From: Sphingorhabdus sp.
Lineage (GTDB): Bacteria > Pseudomonadota > Alphaproteobacteria > Sphingomonadales > Sphingomonadaceae
Direction: 5' to 3'
DNA length: 64,000 nt
Assembly: GCA_040079555.1 (NCBI GenBank)
Contig: JBEBKE010000001.1
Coordinates: 3,185 to 67,184 of the forward strand
This document shows, one piece after another, positions 21,040 to 31,397 of the stretch (positions are counted from its first letter, which is position 1; every line of letters starts with the position of its first letter). The notes under the pieces are model-generated. The model did no database searches. It had not been told where the DNA came from and saw only the letters and a list, made by a program, of their open reading frames with translations. The position numbers were made by a program, and so were the translations under genes.

Positions 21040-21788
21040 TTTTTCACCTTCGTTGGCGCAAGCCCTGCGCGGACCGGGAAGCCATCGAGCAATTCGGTAA
21101 TGCGCAAAGATGCCCCCTCAAGCGTCCGCACATCGCCCGCCATTTTGACATCGACGTTGATCCACACCAGATCACCGGTTTTCAGATCCACCAGTCCCGC
21201 ATAGCCCATGTTGGTTTCGTTGGGCCGCTCCGCCCCCATTTGCGAGGCCAGCAACCGCGCCATTTTGCGACTTCCCGATTCATAACTGTCGAGCGTGTAG
21301 AAAAACAAACCATAATCGCCGCCGCCAAGCGTGCCGAGCTGCGAAGCCCCCTCGCCTAAGGTCCAGTCGAATTTTTCTTCTTTGGTGGGCAATGGATCAA
21401 GCGCAAACAGCCGGTGTTTGATCACGCTATCGGCGACTATTTTAAACAGCTTGCGATAGTCCGACATCAGCTTGGCATTTTCGCCCGTGAGTTCGGGCAT
21501 CAATTTCAATTCGATGTTCCGCTCCGCCTGCGCTTTGCCCAAAGCCGCCGTCAGCTGATCGCGCGCCTGTTCGGTCCAACCGGCATTGGGTTGATCAAGG
21601 CCGCCTGTTGACTGTTCGCCGACCGACACATCGGGTCGAAACAGCACGACGCGAATTTGCCCCGCAGCGGGGAAAGCGAACGCCTCTTTGGTTAGCGACT
21701 GCCGCGATTGGGCGTGGACCAACGAAGGTGCCGCCACCGTCACCAAAAAGGCCGGAACTGCTAATACCCGTAAAAACCTACGCACCAT
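21036..21788 (-). CDS. Exported hypothetical protein
   Basis: Signal peptide (VHA); LVDLKTGDLVW C-terminal motif; coupled to the M48 gene. Confidence 0.8.
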   Translation of the reverse strand: MVRRFLRVLAVPAFLVTVAAPSLVHAQSRQSLTKEAFAFPAAGQIRVVLFRPDVSVGEQSTGGLDQPNAGWTEQARDQLTAALGKAQAERNIELKLMPELTGENAKLMSDYRKLFKIVADSVIKHRLFALDPLPTKEEKFDWTLGEGASQLGTLGGGDYGLFFYTLDSYESGSRKMARLLASQMGAERPNETNMGYAGLVDLKTGDLVWINVDVKMAGDVRTLEGASLRITELLDGFPVRAGLAPTKVKK

Positions 21789-21924
21789 TTCGTTTCCCGA
21801 AAGCGAAGCGCGATAGCAGCCCCGCTATAGCACCTATTTCGCCGTTATGGCGATTTTGCGCAAGCAGGAAAATCATGAACTTATCGCGCAGATTCCGTGC
21901 ATCTTCACAGGTGGCGACAGAGTC

Positions 21925-23397
21925 CTAGCCGAGCGCCTTTTTCAGCAAGTCATTGACCACGCCGGGGTTGGCCTTGCCTTGCATTGCCTTCATCGTTTGA
22001 CCGACGAAGAAGCCGAACAGGTTTTCTTTACCGCCGCGATATTGCTCCAACTGACCGGGGTTGTTGGCAAGGATTTCAGCGATCACCGCTTCGATTGCGC
22101 CGGTGTCGCTGGTTTGTTTCAGGCCCTTTTCTTCGACAATCGCCGCAGCGCCTTGTCCTGTCTCCAGCATGATTTCGAACACTTGCTTGGCAATGCTGCC
22201 GGAAATCGTGCCGTCCGCAACAAGGCCGAGCAATTCGGCGGCTTGGGTTGGCGACACGGGGCTTTCTTCCAAGGACTTGCCCATTTTGTTCAGCGCGCCG
22301 AACAGTTCGGATAACAGCCAGTTGGAACCTTGCTTGGCATCGACACCGGCAGCCAGCAGATCCTCAAACCAGAACGCGGTTTCGGCTTCGGCGGTCAGCA
22401 CAGCGGCGGCATAGGCGGTCAGGCCCATCGCCTCATAGCGCACCCGCTTTGCATCGGGCAGTTCGGGTAAGGATTCGCGGCATTCCTCAAGAAATTCGTC
22501 GCTCAACTCAACCGGCAACAGGTCGGGATCGGGGAAATAGCGGTAATCATGCGCGTCTTCTTTGCTGCGCATCGACCGCGTTTCCATCTTGTTCGGGTCA
22601 AACAGCCGCGTTTCCTGCACTACCGCGCCGCCGTCTTCGATCAAATCGACCTGTCGCCGCGCCTCTACTTCTATTGTCTGCATGACAAAGCGGATCGAGT
22701 TGACGTTTTTCGTCTCGGTCCGCGTGCCCAGTTCGCCACCGGGTTTCCGCACGCTGACATTCACGTCGGCGCGCATCGAGCCCTCCTCCATATTGCCGTC
22801 GCAACTGCCGACATAGCGGAGGATTGAACGCAGCTTTTTGACATAAGCTCCTGCTTCGGCAGGAGAATTCATGTCAGGTTTAGACACGATTTCCATCAAC
22901 GCGACGCCGCACCGGTTCAGGTCAACATAGGACATCGTCGGATGCTGATCGTGCATCAGCTTGCCCGCATCCTGTTCAACATGGATACGTTCGATGCCGA
23001 TGGTCTTGCGCGGGGAATCGGCGTCTTTCTCGTCGAGAATAACCTCAATCTCGCCCTCGCCCACTATTGGATGATACAGCTGCGAAATCTGATAGCCCTG
23101 CGGCAGATCGGCGTAGAAATAATTCTTCCGATCAAACCGTGAATAGCGATTAATCTGTGCGTTAATCGCCATGCCTGTGCGGACAGCCTGACGGATGCAC
23201 TCTCGGTTCACCACCGGCAACATCCCCGGCATCGCAGCATCGACCAGCGAGACATGACTATTCGGCTCGCCGCCATAGGCTGCCGAAGCGCCGGAAAATA
23301 GCTTAGCATTCGACGTAACCTGCGCATGAACCTCAAGGCCAATCACGACCTCCCATTCACCAGATTCGCCTTGGATGCGGTATGTTGATTCAGTCAT
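21925..23397 (-). CDS. gatB: Asp/Glu-tRNA amidotransferase subunit B
   Basis: [31 protein letters not shown]. Confidence 0.98.
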   Translation of the reverse strand: MTESTYRIQGESGEWEVVIGLEVHAQVTSNAKLFSGASAAYGGEPNSHVSLVDAAMPGMLPVVNRECIRQAVRTGMAINAQINRYSRFDRKNYFYADLPQGYQISQLYHPIVGEGEIEVILDEKDADSPRKTIGIERIHVEQDAGKLMHDQHPTMSYVDLNRCGVALMEIVSKPDMNSPAEAGAYVKKLRSILRYVGSCDGNMEEGSMRADVNVSVRKPGGELGTRTETKNVNSIRFVMQTIEVEARRQVDLIEDGGAVVQETRLFDPNKMETRSMRSKEDAHDYRYFPDPDLLPVELSDEFLEECRESLPELPDAKRVRYEAMGLTAYAAAVLTAEAETAFWFEDLLAAGVDAKQGSNWLLSELFGALNKMGKSLEESPVSPTQAAELLGLVADGTISGSIAKQVFEIMLETGQGAAAIVEEKGLKQTSDTGAIEAVIAEILANNPGQLEQYRGGKENLFGFFVGQTMKAMQGKANPGVVNDLLKKALG

Positions 23398-23530
23398 CGA
23401 TTTTTTGCTTTCCTGACTCGCTGTCAAAGCGCGCCTCGCCTATATTCTTTTTGGTGCCAAAACGATTGATGAGATAAAACAGCACGCCAAAACCAATTGC
23501 AGAATAGAGCAGCCAATCTTTGTCTGTCAT
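23390..23530 (-). CDS. 46-aa single-TM small protein between gatA and gatB
   Basis: ATG 1 nt after the gatA stop, stop overlapping the gatB start; hydrophobic [16 protein letters not shown]. Confidence 0.6.
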   Translation of the reverse strand: MTDKDWLLYSAIGFGVLFYLINRFGTKKNIGEARFDSESGKQKIDD

Positions 23531-23531
23531 A

Positions 23532-25016
23532 CTACCACCACTTCTGTGCTTCTGCTGTAAAGCCAGCACGTTCTTCAATAGCTAGCCCTGCGTTCAGCAC
23601 AGCCTGTTCATCCAGCGCCTTGCCGATGATCTGCAAGCCCAGAGGCAAGCCTTGCTTGTCGATACCGCCCGGCACCGACATCGCAGGCAATCCGGCCAGC
23701 GAGGCAGGCACGGCGAACACGTCGTTCAAATACATCGACAACGGATCGCTAGTTTTCTCGCCCAATCCGAACGCGGCACTTGGCGCAGTTGGCGCGAGGA
23801 TCAGGTCGCATTGGCCCCAAGCTTGCTCAAAATCGCGTGCGATCAACGCCCGCACTTTTTGCGCTTGCGTGTAATACGCGTCGTAGAAACCGGCGCTGAG
23901 CACATAGGTGCCAATCATGATACGGCGGCGGACTTCTTCGCCGAAACCTGCGGCGCGGGTGGCGGCGTACATGTCTTGCAGGCCTGCACCATCGGGCAAA
24001 TCGCGCAAACCGTATCGCACGCCGTCATAGCGCGCGAGGTTTGACGAAGCCTCGGCAGGGGCGATGATATAGTATGCGGGCAGCGCATATTTGGTGTGCG
24101 GCAGGCTGATCTCGACAATCTCTGCGCCCGCATCGCGCAACCATGCGATGCCATTGTCCCACATCGCCGCGATGTCTTCGTCGATGCCGTCGAGGCGATA
24201 TTCCTTGGGGATACCAATGCGTTTGCCGCGCAGGTCGCCGGACAGGCCAGCCTCCCATTCGGGCACAGGCAGATCGAGCGAGGTTGAATCCTTGGGATCA
24301 AAACCCGCCATCGCCTCCAGCATGATCGCACAATCGCGCACGTCGCGTGCCATCGGTCCAGCTTGGTCGAGCGAGCTGGCAAAGGCGACAATGCCCCAAC
24401 GGCTGCAACGGCCATAGGTTGGCTTGATGCCGCTGATGCCCGTAAACGCCGCAGGCTGGCGGATCGAGCCGCCGGTGTCGGTGCCGGTCGCCGCTGGGCA
24501 AAGCCGTGCGGCGATGGCAGTCGACGAACCGCCCGACGAACCGCCGGGGGCAAGTGCTGCATTACCGCCATCATTGCGCCGCCAGGGCGAAATCACATTG
24601 CCGAAATAGCTGGTCTCGTTTGATGAGCCCATCGCGAACTGATCAAGGTTCAACTTGCCAAGCATCCCGGCTCCTGCGGCCCAAAGCTTGCCCGACACGG
24701 TCGATTCATATTGCGGGATAAAGCCTTCAAGCATGTGGCTGGCGGCGGTGGTCTGCATGCCCTCGGTGCAGAACAGATCCTTCATGCCAATCGGCACACC
24801 CGCCATTTTGCCGAGTGGCTTGCCAGCAGCGCGGTCGGCATCGACGGCCTTTGCAGCTTCGACGGCCTTTTCCGGTGTTTCGACAATGAAAGCGTTCAGC
24901 ACTCTGGCGGCAGCGACGTTGGCGTTGAAGGCTTCAGCGGTTTCAACAGCGGTGAATTCGCCGGAGGCTACGCCAGAGCGAATGGCGGCAACGCCGAGTT
25001 TGGTGAGGTCAGTCAT
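23532..25016 (-). CDS. gatA: Asp/Glu-tRNA amidotransferase subunit A
   Basis: Amidase signature [29 protein letters not shown]. Confidence 0.98.
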   Translation of the reverse strand: MTDLTKLGVAAIRSGVASGEFTAVETAEAFNANVAAARVLNAFIVETPEKAVEAAKAVDADRAAGKPLGKMAGVPIGMKDLFCTEGMQTTAASHMLEGFIPQYESTVSGKLWAAGAGMLGKLNLDQFAMGSSNETSYFGNVISPWRRNDGGNAALAPGGSSGGSSTAIAARLCPAATGTDTGGSIRQPAAFTGISGIKPTYGRCSRWGIVAFASSLDQAGPMARDVRDCAIMLEAMAGFDPKDSTSLDLPVPEWEAGLSGDLRGKRIGIPKEYRLDGIDEDIAAMWDNGIAWLRDAGAEIVEISLPHTKYALPAYYIIAPAEASSNLARYDGVRYGLRDLPDGAGLQDMYAATRAAGFGEEVRRRIMIGTYVLSAGFYDAYYTQAQKVRALIARDFEQAWGQCDLILAPTAPSAAFGLGEKTSDPLSMYLNDVFAVPASLAGLPAMSVPGGIDKQGLPLGLQIIGKALDEQAVLNAGLAIEERAGFTAEAQKWW

Positions 25017-25026
25017 ATTACAAGCA

Positions 25027-25108
25027 CCGTAGGGCTGAGCCTGTCGAAGCCCGCCTCTCAGAGTTGCGCTGTGCCGTGAGGCGCCCTTCGACAGGCTCAG
25101 GGCTGCGG
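25027..25108. repeat. REPIN-like paired palindrome (CTGAGCCTGTCGAAG family)
   Basis: Inverted 26-bp arms CCGTAGGGCTGAGCCTGTCGAAGCCC and GCCCTTCGACAGGCTCAGGGCTGCGG. Confidence 0.85.
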
Positions 25109-25133
25109 ATAATTTTCAAGGAAAGCATTACCA

Positions 25134-25421
25134 TCACTCAATCACCTTTGGCACGCCAAAGAATATGCCTTCGCGCGCAGGGGCATTGGCGAGCACTTTG
25201 TCGCGCATATTACCATCGGTCACGACATCGTCGCGCATGCGCAGCGCGTTGGGGATGACAGCGGTCATCGGCTCTACGCCGGTCACATCCACCTCGCCCA
25301 ATTGTTCGACCCAGGCGAGGATGCCATTCAGCTCCCCGACCATTTTTTCGGCCTCTAGTTCGCTGATCGCGATACGGCTGAGCCGCGCGATCTTGTTCAC
25401 GGTATCTTTATCGACTGACAT
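25134..25421 (-). CDS. gatC: Asp/Glu-tRNA amidotransferase subunit C
   Basis: [32 protein letters not shown]. Confidence 0.97.
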   Translation of the reverse strand: MSVDKDTVNKIARLSRIAISELEAEKMVGELNGILAWVEQLGEVDVTGVEPMTAVIPNALRMRDDVVTDGNMRDKVLANAPAREGIFFGVPKVIE

Positions 25422-25480
25422 GCAAGAGCGCCTAGCAGCGTGGGTTTATGGCTTCAAGCGGGGATGCGCGGAAAGTGGCG

Positions 25481-27259
25481 CTATTTCTCGAAAACGTCGC
25501 CAATCGGTTTGCCGTCGACATAGACCTGCTGCATTTCCACTTTGCGGATCTCGACTTTGGTATCAGGCGCAACCTCCGTTGCATCATCGCCGCTATTGAT
25601 TGGTGGCCCCATATATTGGTTCGACCAAACCATAGCCTTTGGCGCTACTGAATAACGATTGCCATTCGCTTTGTTGCGGGCATCGATTGCATCCACTTCC
25701 GCTTGTGTTGGACGCTGATAAATTTCCGAACGGACGTTATCGTCTTTATGTTTCGGCCCGACAATGATGATCCGATTATCGCTCAACCAGATGATTCGGC
25801 AAGGAAAGCGGCAAGCACCATCGCGTACGAGTTCTTGCCGCGACTTCTTATCCAGAATTCTATCTGCGGGAATGTAAGAGAAATTCTCGCCCCATTCGCC
25901 GCTCTGCTCGACTTTAACGTCGCTTTCAACATCCCACCGATCATCAGATGCCAAGGCCGTTTTCGCAGATTGTTTCTGAAATTCCGAACCTGATTTGGAC
26001 AAAGCCGTCAGCGCCGCCCGACCTTTTGGCCCGAAATCAAAGGCCATCGCTTTCCAGTCAAACTCAGCTTCTTTCGTCTTGCCGGATTTCAACCGAGCGA
26101 CCTGATCCCTCGCAGACATTGCCCCAAAATCTAGGATCGGCATTGCAAGAAACAGCGCCAACCCGCAAATACCCAGCGCGATTTTGATGTTGGCGGGGCG
26201 CAGATGATCGTCCCAATCGAGCGGCGCTTTTACCCGCAACGCTTTTGCCACCGATACCAGATAGGCAACGCCATACACACAGGCGACCACCACCGCGATC
26301 AGCCCCCAGATACGGTCAGGCGTCCAGCCATATTGGCCAATCCGCACGCCCATCGACAGCGCGGAAATCACCGCCAACGGCAATATCGACAGCGAAAGAA
26401 GCAAGGCTGACCCGCGCAACACCCGGTTGCTGCTGCCATCCGCTTTGCCATCGCCGATCACAGCGTTGATCAGGCCAACGGCTCCGGCCGCGGTAAACAG
26501 CAACACTGGCGTGGTGGGCACACCCGAATCCCACAAAGGCGCTAGGCCGGTAAACGGCAGCGAAACGAGAAAGCCGACAAGAGCAATCGCCAGAACCGGA
26601 GCCAGAACCGAGAATATCACGAGCACCAGCTTTTGCAGCGTCGCTAACAGAGCATCACGCTCACGCAGCAACCCCAATGCAGCGCCAAAGGCAAAGCCCG
26701 CAAGGATCGCGTTGAACCAGTCTTCGCGCAGCAGTTCAGTGAAAAACTTGATGCCGATCAGAGAGAATAACTGTCCTATGAGGTGCGCCAAGAGGAAAGA
26801 CACGCCGGTGAAGGCAAGAGAGGCCGCACCAAGAACTGCGTCGGTCCATACATGCCCGTGCAGACGTGCATAAGGAAAGCGCCAGCCGCCCTCGTCGCGC
26901 ACAGTCTGAAACAAAGGTGCAGCAATCAGCAGGGCGAATAAGCCTGCAAGGAACGGATATTCAGCGATTTCTCCGCCCTTGTTATAAGAAGCCGTGAACC
27001 AGCCCACGAAAGCCAGAATCGCTGCGCTTCCCAAGGCAAAAGCCACCGCCCATAATAACCGGCGCAGCTCCGCCGTCAGCACAAACGCCAATGTCGCGAT
27101 GATGACAAAAGTCGCCGCCACCTGCCGCCAAATGGCTGGATCGCCAGAATTATCGATCAGCCGATTGACCGCAAAAGCCCCCGCCGCACAAACGACAGCC
27201 CATATCCACGGCCGCAAATTCCAGCTTTCATCCTCGGCAGAGCGGCGAATCGATTCCAT
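25481..27259 (-). CDS. DUF4153-like polytopic membrane protein
   Basis: Many TM segments; RIGQYGWTPDR and SARDQVARL motifs; start uncertain (27259-27292). Confidence 0.8.
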   Translation of the reverse strand: MESIRRSAEDESWNLRPWIWAVVCAAGAFAVNRLIDNSGDPAIWRQVAATFVIIATLAFVLTAELRRLLWAVAFALGSAAILAFVGWFTASYNKGGEIAEYPFLAGLFALLIAAPLFQTVRDEGGWRFPYARLHGHVWTDAVLGAASLAFTGVSFLLAHLIGQLFSLIGIKFFTELLREDWFNAILAGFAFGAALGLLRERDALLATLQKLVLVIFSVLAPVLAIALVGFLVSLPFTGLAPLWDSGVPTTPVLLFTAAGAVGLINAVIGDGKADGSSNRVLRGSALLLSLSILPLAVISALSMGVRIGQYGWTPDRIWGLIAVVVACVYGVAYLVSVAKALRVKAPLDWDDHLRPANIKIALGICGLALFLAMPILDFGAMSARDQVARLKSGKTKEAEFDWKAMAFDFGPKGRAALTALSKSGSEFQKQSAKTALASDDRWDVESDVKVEQSGEWGENFSYIPADRILDKKSRQELVRDGACRFPCRIIWLSDNRIIIVGPKHKDDNVRSEIYQRPTQAEVDAIDARNKANGNRYSVAPKAMVWSNQYMGPPINSGDDATEVAPDTKVEIRKVEMQQVYVDGKPIGDVFEK

Positions 27260-27337
27260 GTTGTGCATCCCCTGTTCAAGCAGCGTGTGCATACTGGCAT
27301 TGCGTCCCCCTGCCCTGCAAGGCTATTAGCTGAACTC

Positions 27338-28459
27338 ATGGTAATAAAATTTCTCTACTTCGTCGCTGGCATGATCGTGCTGGTGCTCACCGGGGCCTTT
27401 GTCGTGCGCGTGTACGAAAAGGAGCTGACCGAATATGCGCTCGTCCCCGACACCCAATTTGAAAAACAAGCGGCGCTAGCGACAAGCATCTATGACGACC
27501 CGAAAATGTGGTTCGCGATGGGGCGCAATGTTGGCCCAGAAAATCCGGTGAAGTTTGTGCCGCTGGGTGCATCAGAAACGAAAGCGCCCGGCCAGGCCGC
27601 AATCTTTTTCATCCACCCGACCAGTTACATGGAAAAAAACCATTGGAATGCACCGCTGGATGATCAACTGTCGCAAGACCGTGCAAAGCTGTTCCTGCGC
27701 GGCATGGCCAGCGCCTTTGCGCCATCGGGCGAAGTCTGGGCTCCGCGCTATCGCCAAGCCGCCATCGGCGCGTTCTTGACGGTGAAGCCAGAGGGGCAAC
27801 AGGCATTGAATGCGGCGTATCAGGATGTTTTGCAAGCGTTTGACGCCTTTGCCGCGAAGGTACAAAAAGACCGGCCAATCATTCTTGCCGGACATAGCCA
27901 AGGCGCGCTGCACCTGACGCATTTGTTGAAAGACCGGATTGCTGGCAAAGCCATCGCCAAGCGCATTGTCGCCGCGTATGTCGTTGGCTGGCCAGTGTCA
28001 TCCGTCACCGACACCGGCCCAATGGGGATGCAGCCCTGCGGCTCGCCAGACCAAACCGGCTGTCTGATGAGCTGGCAAAGCTTTGCCGAACCTGCCGATT
28101 ACGCGCGCATCACTGACCTGTATGACAGCACCACCGGTTTTGACGGTAACCCGCGCGCGGGAACAACGCTTGTTTGCACCAACCCGCTGAACGGTGGCGC
28201 TGCTCCCGACGCGCCGCTGGAGGCCAATCTGGGGACGTTAAAGCCGTCCTCTGATTTGCAATCGGGCGAGATCGTCCCCGCAGCCGTCGGTGCACGCTGT
28301 GACGATCGCGGGTTTCTGCTGATTGGTGATCCGCCCAAAATGGGGCCTTATGTCCTGCCGGGCAATAATTTCCATGTGTATGACTATCCTTTGTTCTGGA
28401 CCAATGTGCGCGCGGATGCGTTGTGGCGGGTGCAGAAATTCTTGGCCGGAAAACGGTAG
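27338..28459 (+). CDS. DUF3089 alpha/beta-hydrolase-fold protein
   Basis: FFIHPTSY, WAPRYRQA, GHSQG nucleophile, HVYDY. Confidence 0.88.
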   Translation: MVIKFLYFVAGMIVLVLTGAFVVRVYEKELTEYALVPDTQFEKQAALATSIYDDPKMWFAMGRNVGPENPVKFVPLGASETKAPGQAAIFFIHPTSYMEKNHWNAPLDDQLSQDRAKLFLRGMASAFAPSGEVWAPRYRQAAIGAFLTVKPEGQQALNAAYQDVLQAFDAFAAKVQKDRPIILAGHSQGALHLTHLLKDRIAGKAIAKRIVAAYVVGWPVSSVTDTGPMGMQPCGSPDQTGCLMSWQSFAEPADYARITDLYDSTTGFDGNPRAGTTLVCTNPLNGGAAPDAPLEANLGTLKPSSDLQSGEIVPAAVGARCDDRGFLLIGDPPKMGPYVLPGNNFHVYDYPLFWTNVRADALWRVQKFLAGKR

Positions 28460-28917
28460 TGATTTGTTCAACGGTTGTTGATTATCGCGAGGCACTGCCA
28501 AATGGCGGAGTGCTAATCGCGCTTGATTTGGGCACAACGACAATTGGTACAGCATTCTGTGATGCGGGATGGAGCTTTGCCTCGCCCGCCGGGTTGATCC
28601 GCCGTACGAAATTTACCAAGGACAAAGCGTTGCTGGTTCAAACCATCGCTACGCGCGAAACCAAAGGTATCGTCATCGGCCTGCCGCTGAATATGGACGG
28701 CAGCGAATCGCCGCGCAGCCAATCGAGCCGGTCGTTTGCCGCAAACATTAAAGACCTTGGCCTACCGATACTGCTTTGGGACGAACGCTGGTCCACGGTG
28801 GCTGCTGAACGCTTTATGATCGAGGCGGATATGAGCCGCGCCAAACGCGCCGAACGCATCGACAGCGCAGCAGCAGCGCACATTCTACAGGGCGCGATTG
28901 ATGCGTTGGTGGTTTGA
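28459..28917 (+). CDS. ruvX: YqgF/RuvX pre-16S rRNA nuclease
   Basis: ALDLGTTTIG, IGLPLNMDG, WDERWST, IDSAAAAHILQ; GTG overlaps the upstream stop. Confidence 0.94.
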   Translation: MICSTVVDYREALPNGGVLIALDLGTTTIGTAFCDAGWSFASPAGLIRRTKFTKDKALLVQTIATRETKGIVIGLPLNMDGSESPRSQSSRSFAANIKDLGLPILLWDERWSTVAAERFMIEADMSRAKRAERIDSAAAAHILQGAIDALVV

Positions 28918-28949
28918 AAGCGTTCTGACCGCGCTCGTCCCCAGCCCGA

Positions 28950-29093
28950 TTCGTCATGCTGAACTCGTTTCAGCATCCATTTATCCGCCAAAAACGGTGG
29001 TAAAATAAGCAAGCCAACGTCGAAGTTTGCGGCTATTAATAGGTGTCAGGACAAGCGGAATGATGGACCCTGAAACAAGTTCAGGGTGACGAA
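28950..29093. repeat. REPIN-like paired palindrome (CTGAACTTGTTTCAG family)
   Basis: Arms TTCGTCATGCTGAACTCGTTTCAGCATCCAT and ATGGACCCTGAAACAAGTTCAGGGTGACGAA in inverted orientation. Confidence 0.85.
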
Positions 29094-29151
29094 CTATGTA
29101 AAATGGATGGGGTTGAGTTGTTGTCCAAACCCGCCTACTGAACTGCCTTTA

Positions 29152-30147
29152 ATGACATCGCCACAAACCGCTTCATCGGACCGCTTTCCAGCTGGGTCCG
29201 CCGCTTTTCCGCATACGCATCTATTGGGCATCGCCGGGTTGCAACCGTGGGAGATTGCTTTCGTCCTACAAGAGGCGGAGCAATGGGTCGCACTGAACCG
29301 CTCTGGCGCGGCAAAACGCGATGACCGGTTGCGCGGATTGACCATCATCAATGCCTTTTTTGAAAATAGTACGCGCACCTTGCTGTCGTTTGAAATCGCC
29401 GGAAAGCGGCTGGGCGGTGATGTCGTCAATATGCACGCGGCGCAATCGAGCACCAAAAAGGGTGAAACACTGATCGACACCGCAATGACGCTCAACGCCA
29501 TGCGCGCCGATGCGATTGTTATTCGGCACGGTAGCTCAGGCGCGGTGAATCTGATCTCGGAAAAAGTGGACTGCCCCGTGTTGAACGCAGGCGACGGGAC
29601 GCACGAACATCCGACACAGGCATTGCTCGATGCGCTGACGATCAAGCGACGCAAGGGGCGGGTTGACGGCTTGGTTGTTACCATCTGCGGCGACATTCTC
29701 CACAGCCGGGTGGCGCGGTCGAATATGTTGTGCCTGACCGCCTTGGGTGCGCAGGTGCGCGTTGTTGCGCCCCCTGCCCTGATGCCTGCCGAAATCGGAC
29801 TATTCGGCGTCCAAGCCTTTCACCATTTTGACGACGCTTTGCCCGGCAGCGATGTTGTGATGATGTTGCGGCTGCAGAACGAGAGGATGCAGGGCGATTT
29901 CATCCCCTCGCCGCGCGAATATTTTCATCTTTATGGGCTTGATGCACGGCGATTGGCGCTGGCCAAGCCCGATGCTTTGGTTATGCACCCCGGCCCAATG
30001 AATCGCGGCGTAGAAATTGCCAGCCATATCGCCGATGATTTGGAACGATCCGCGATCACCGAACAAGTCGAGATGGGGGTCGCAGTACGTATGGCCTGTC
30101 TGGACATCCTGACACGACGAGCGCGCGGCGTGGAGGGTTGGACATGA
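29152..30147 (+). CDS. pyrB: Aspartate carbamoyltransferase catalytic subunit
   Basis: [31 protein letters not shown]. Confidence 0.97.
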   Translation: MTSPQTASSDRFPAGSAAFPHTHLLGIAGLQPWEIAFVLQEAEQWVALNRSGAAKRDDRLRGLTIINAFFENSTRTLLSFEIAGKRLGGDVVNMHAAQSSTKKGETLIDTAMTLNAMRADAIVIRHGSSGAVNLISEKVDCPVLNAGDGTHEHPTQALLDALTIKRRKGRVDGLVVTICGDILHSRVARSNMLCLTALGAQVRVVAPPALMPAEIGLFGVQAFHHFDDALPGSDVVMMLRLQNERMQGDFIPSPREYFHLYGLDARRLALAKPDALVMHPGPMNRGVEIASHIADDLERSAITEQVEMGVAVRMACLDILTRRARGVEGWT

Positions 30148-31361
30148 CCGGAACGAACATCCTGAACGGTGCACTGATTTTGCCCGGCAAAGCAGAACCC
30201 GAAACGGGCCACCTTTTCGTCAGCAACGACCGCATCGAAACCGTTGGCAAAGCCGATCCGCATGGTGAAACGCTGGATGCGACTGGCCTGATCGTCGCCC
30301 CTGGCATTATCGACCTTGGCGTATTTGCGACCGATAAACCCGCATTTCGCTTTGGCGGTATCACGCGCGCCGCGTTGATGCCCGACCAGTCGCCCGCGCA
30401 TGACGATCCGGCAACGATCCGTTTTGCAGGGCGCAAGGGAAAACCTGAATTCTGGGTCCATCCCCTCGCCGCCGCCACAAAAGGGCTCGATGGTCAGCAC
30501 ATGGCCGAGATTGCGTTGATGAAAGACGCAGGGGCACGCGGCGTGGCCACGGGTCGACGCTGGATCGCTGATTCGGGGATCATGCTGCGGCTAATGCGCT
30601 ATTGCGCGATGCTTGACCTGCCGCTGTTTGTGCATAGCGAGGATGCTGGGCTAACAGGGAATGCCGTGGCGACGACCGGCGCCAATGCTACATTGCTGGG
30701 CCTCGCCAGCGCATCGCCCGCTGCGGAAATGCTCTCGATCCAGCGCGACCTTGTTCTGGCAGAAGAAAGCGGCGCGCATATCCATTTCCGCCAGGTCACT
30801 ACCGCGCGCGGGCTGGATCTTATCCGCGCCGCAAAAGCAAAGGGCTTGCGCGTCACTTGTGGCATCACCCCTGCCCATTTGTTCCTATCCGACACGGCAT
30901 TAACAGGATTCCGCACGTTCGCGCGGCTTTCACCGCCGTTGCGCAGCGAGGATGATCGGCTGGCATGTATTGCCGCCATCGCCGACGGAACCATCGATGT
31001 TCTGTCGTCCGGCCACGATCCGCGCGGGCCAGAGGATAAGCGCCTGCCCTTTGCCGATGCAGCCCCAGGAATGGCGGGGGCGGAAACGTTGCTGGCACTT
31101 TCGCTCAATCTTGTCCGCGATGGTCACATCACTATCGGGCGGTTGTTTGAATTGTTGGCTACAACCCCGGGTCGTATCTTGGGCGTAAAAGCCGGTGAAA
31201 TTGCCGAAGGGATGGAAGCGGATTTGATCTTTATCGATCCCGAAACGCCTTGGCAGGTCGATAGCGACAAGATGGCCGCGATGGCGGGGAACACCCCGTT
31301 TGATAAGCTGCCAGTGCAAGGCCGCGTCCGCAAAATGATGAAGGGCGGCAGGATATTGTAA
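30144..31361 (+). CDS. pyrC: Dihydroorotase-like protein, probably inactive PyrC'
   Basis: DHOase-like ([12 protein letters not shown]) directly after pyrB, but PGIIDLGVF replaces the DxHxH metal motif. Confidence 0.85.
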   Translation: MTGTNILNGALILPGKAEPETGHLFVSNDRIETVGKADPHGETLDATGLIVAPGIIDLGVFATDKPAFRFGGITRAALMPDQSPAHDDPATIRFAGRKGKPEFWVHPLAAATKGLDGQHMAEIALMKDAGARGVATGRRWIADSGIMLRLMRYCAMLDLPLFVHSEDAGLTGNAVATTGANATLLGLASASPAAEMLSIQRDLVLAEESGAHIHFRQVTTARGLDLIRAAKAKGLRVTCGITPAHLFLSDTALTGFRTFARLSPPLRSEDDRLACIAAIADGTIDVLSSGHDPRGPEDKRLPFADAAPGMAGAETLLALSLNLVRDGHITIGRLFELLATTPGRILGVKAGEIAEGMEADLIFIDPETPWQVDSDKMAAMAGNTPFDKLPVQGRVRKMMKGGRIL

Positions 31362-31397
31362 TCCCACCGCCCTTGGCATCGTTGAATAAATTAGGAT

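Noticed and set aside
20203-21204. 333-aa ORF antisense to the M48 gene
   Set aside because: Shadow ORF of a well-supported gene.
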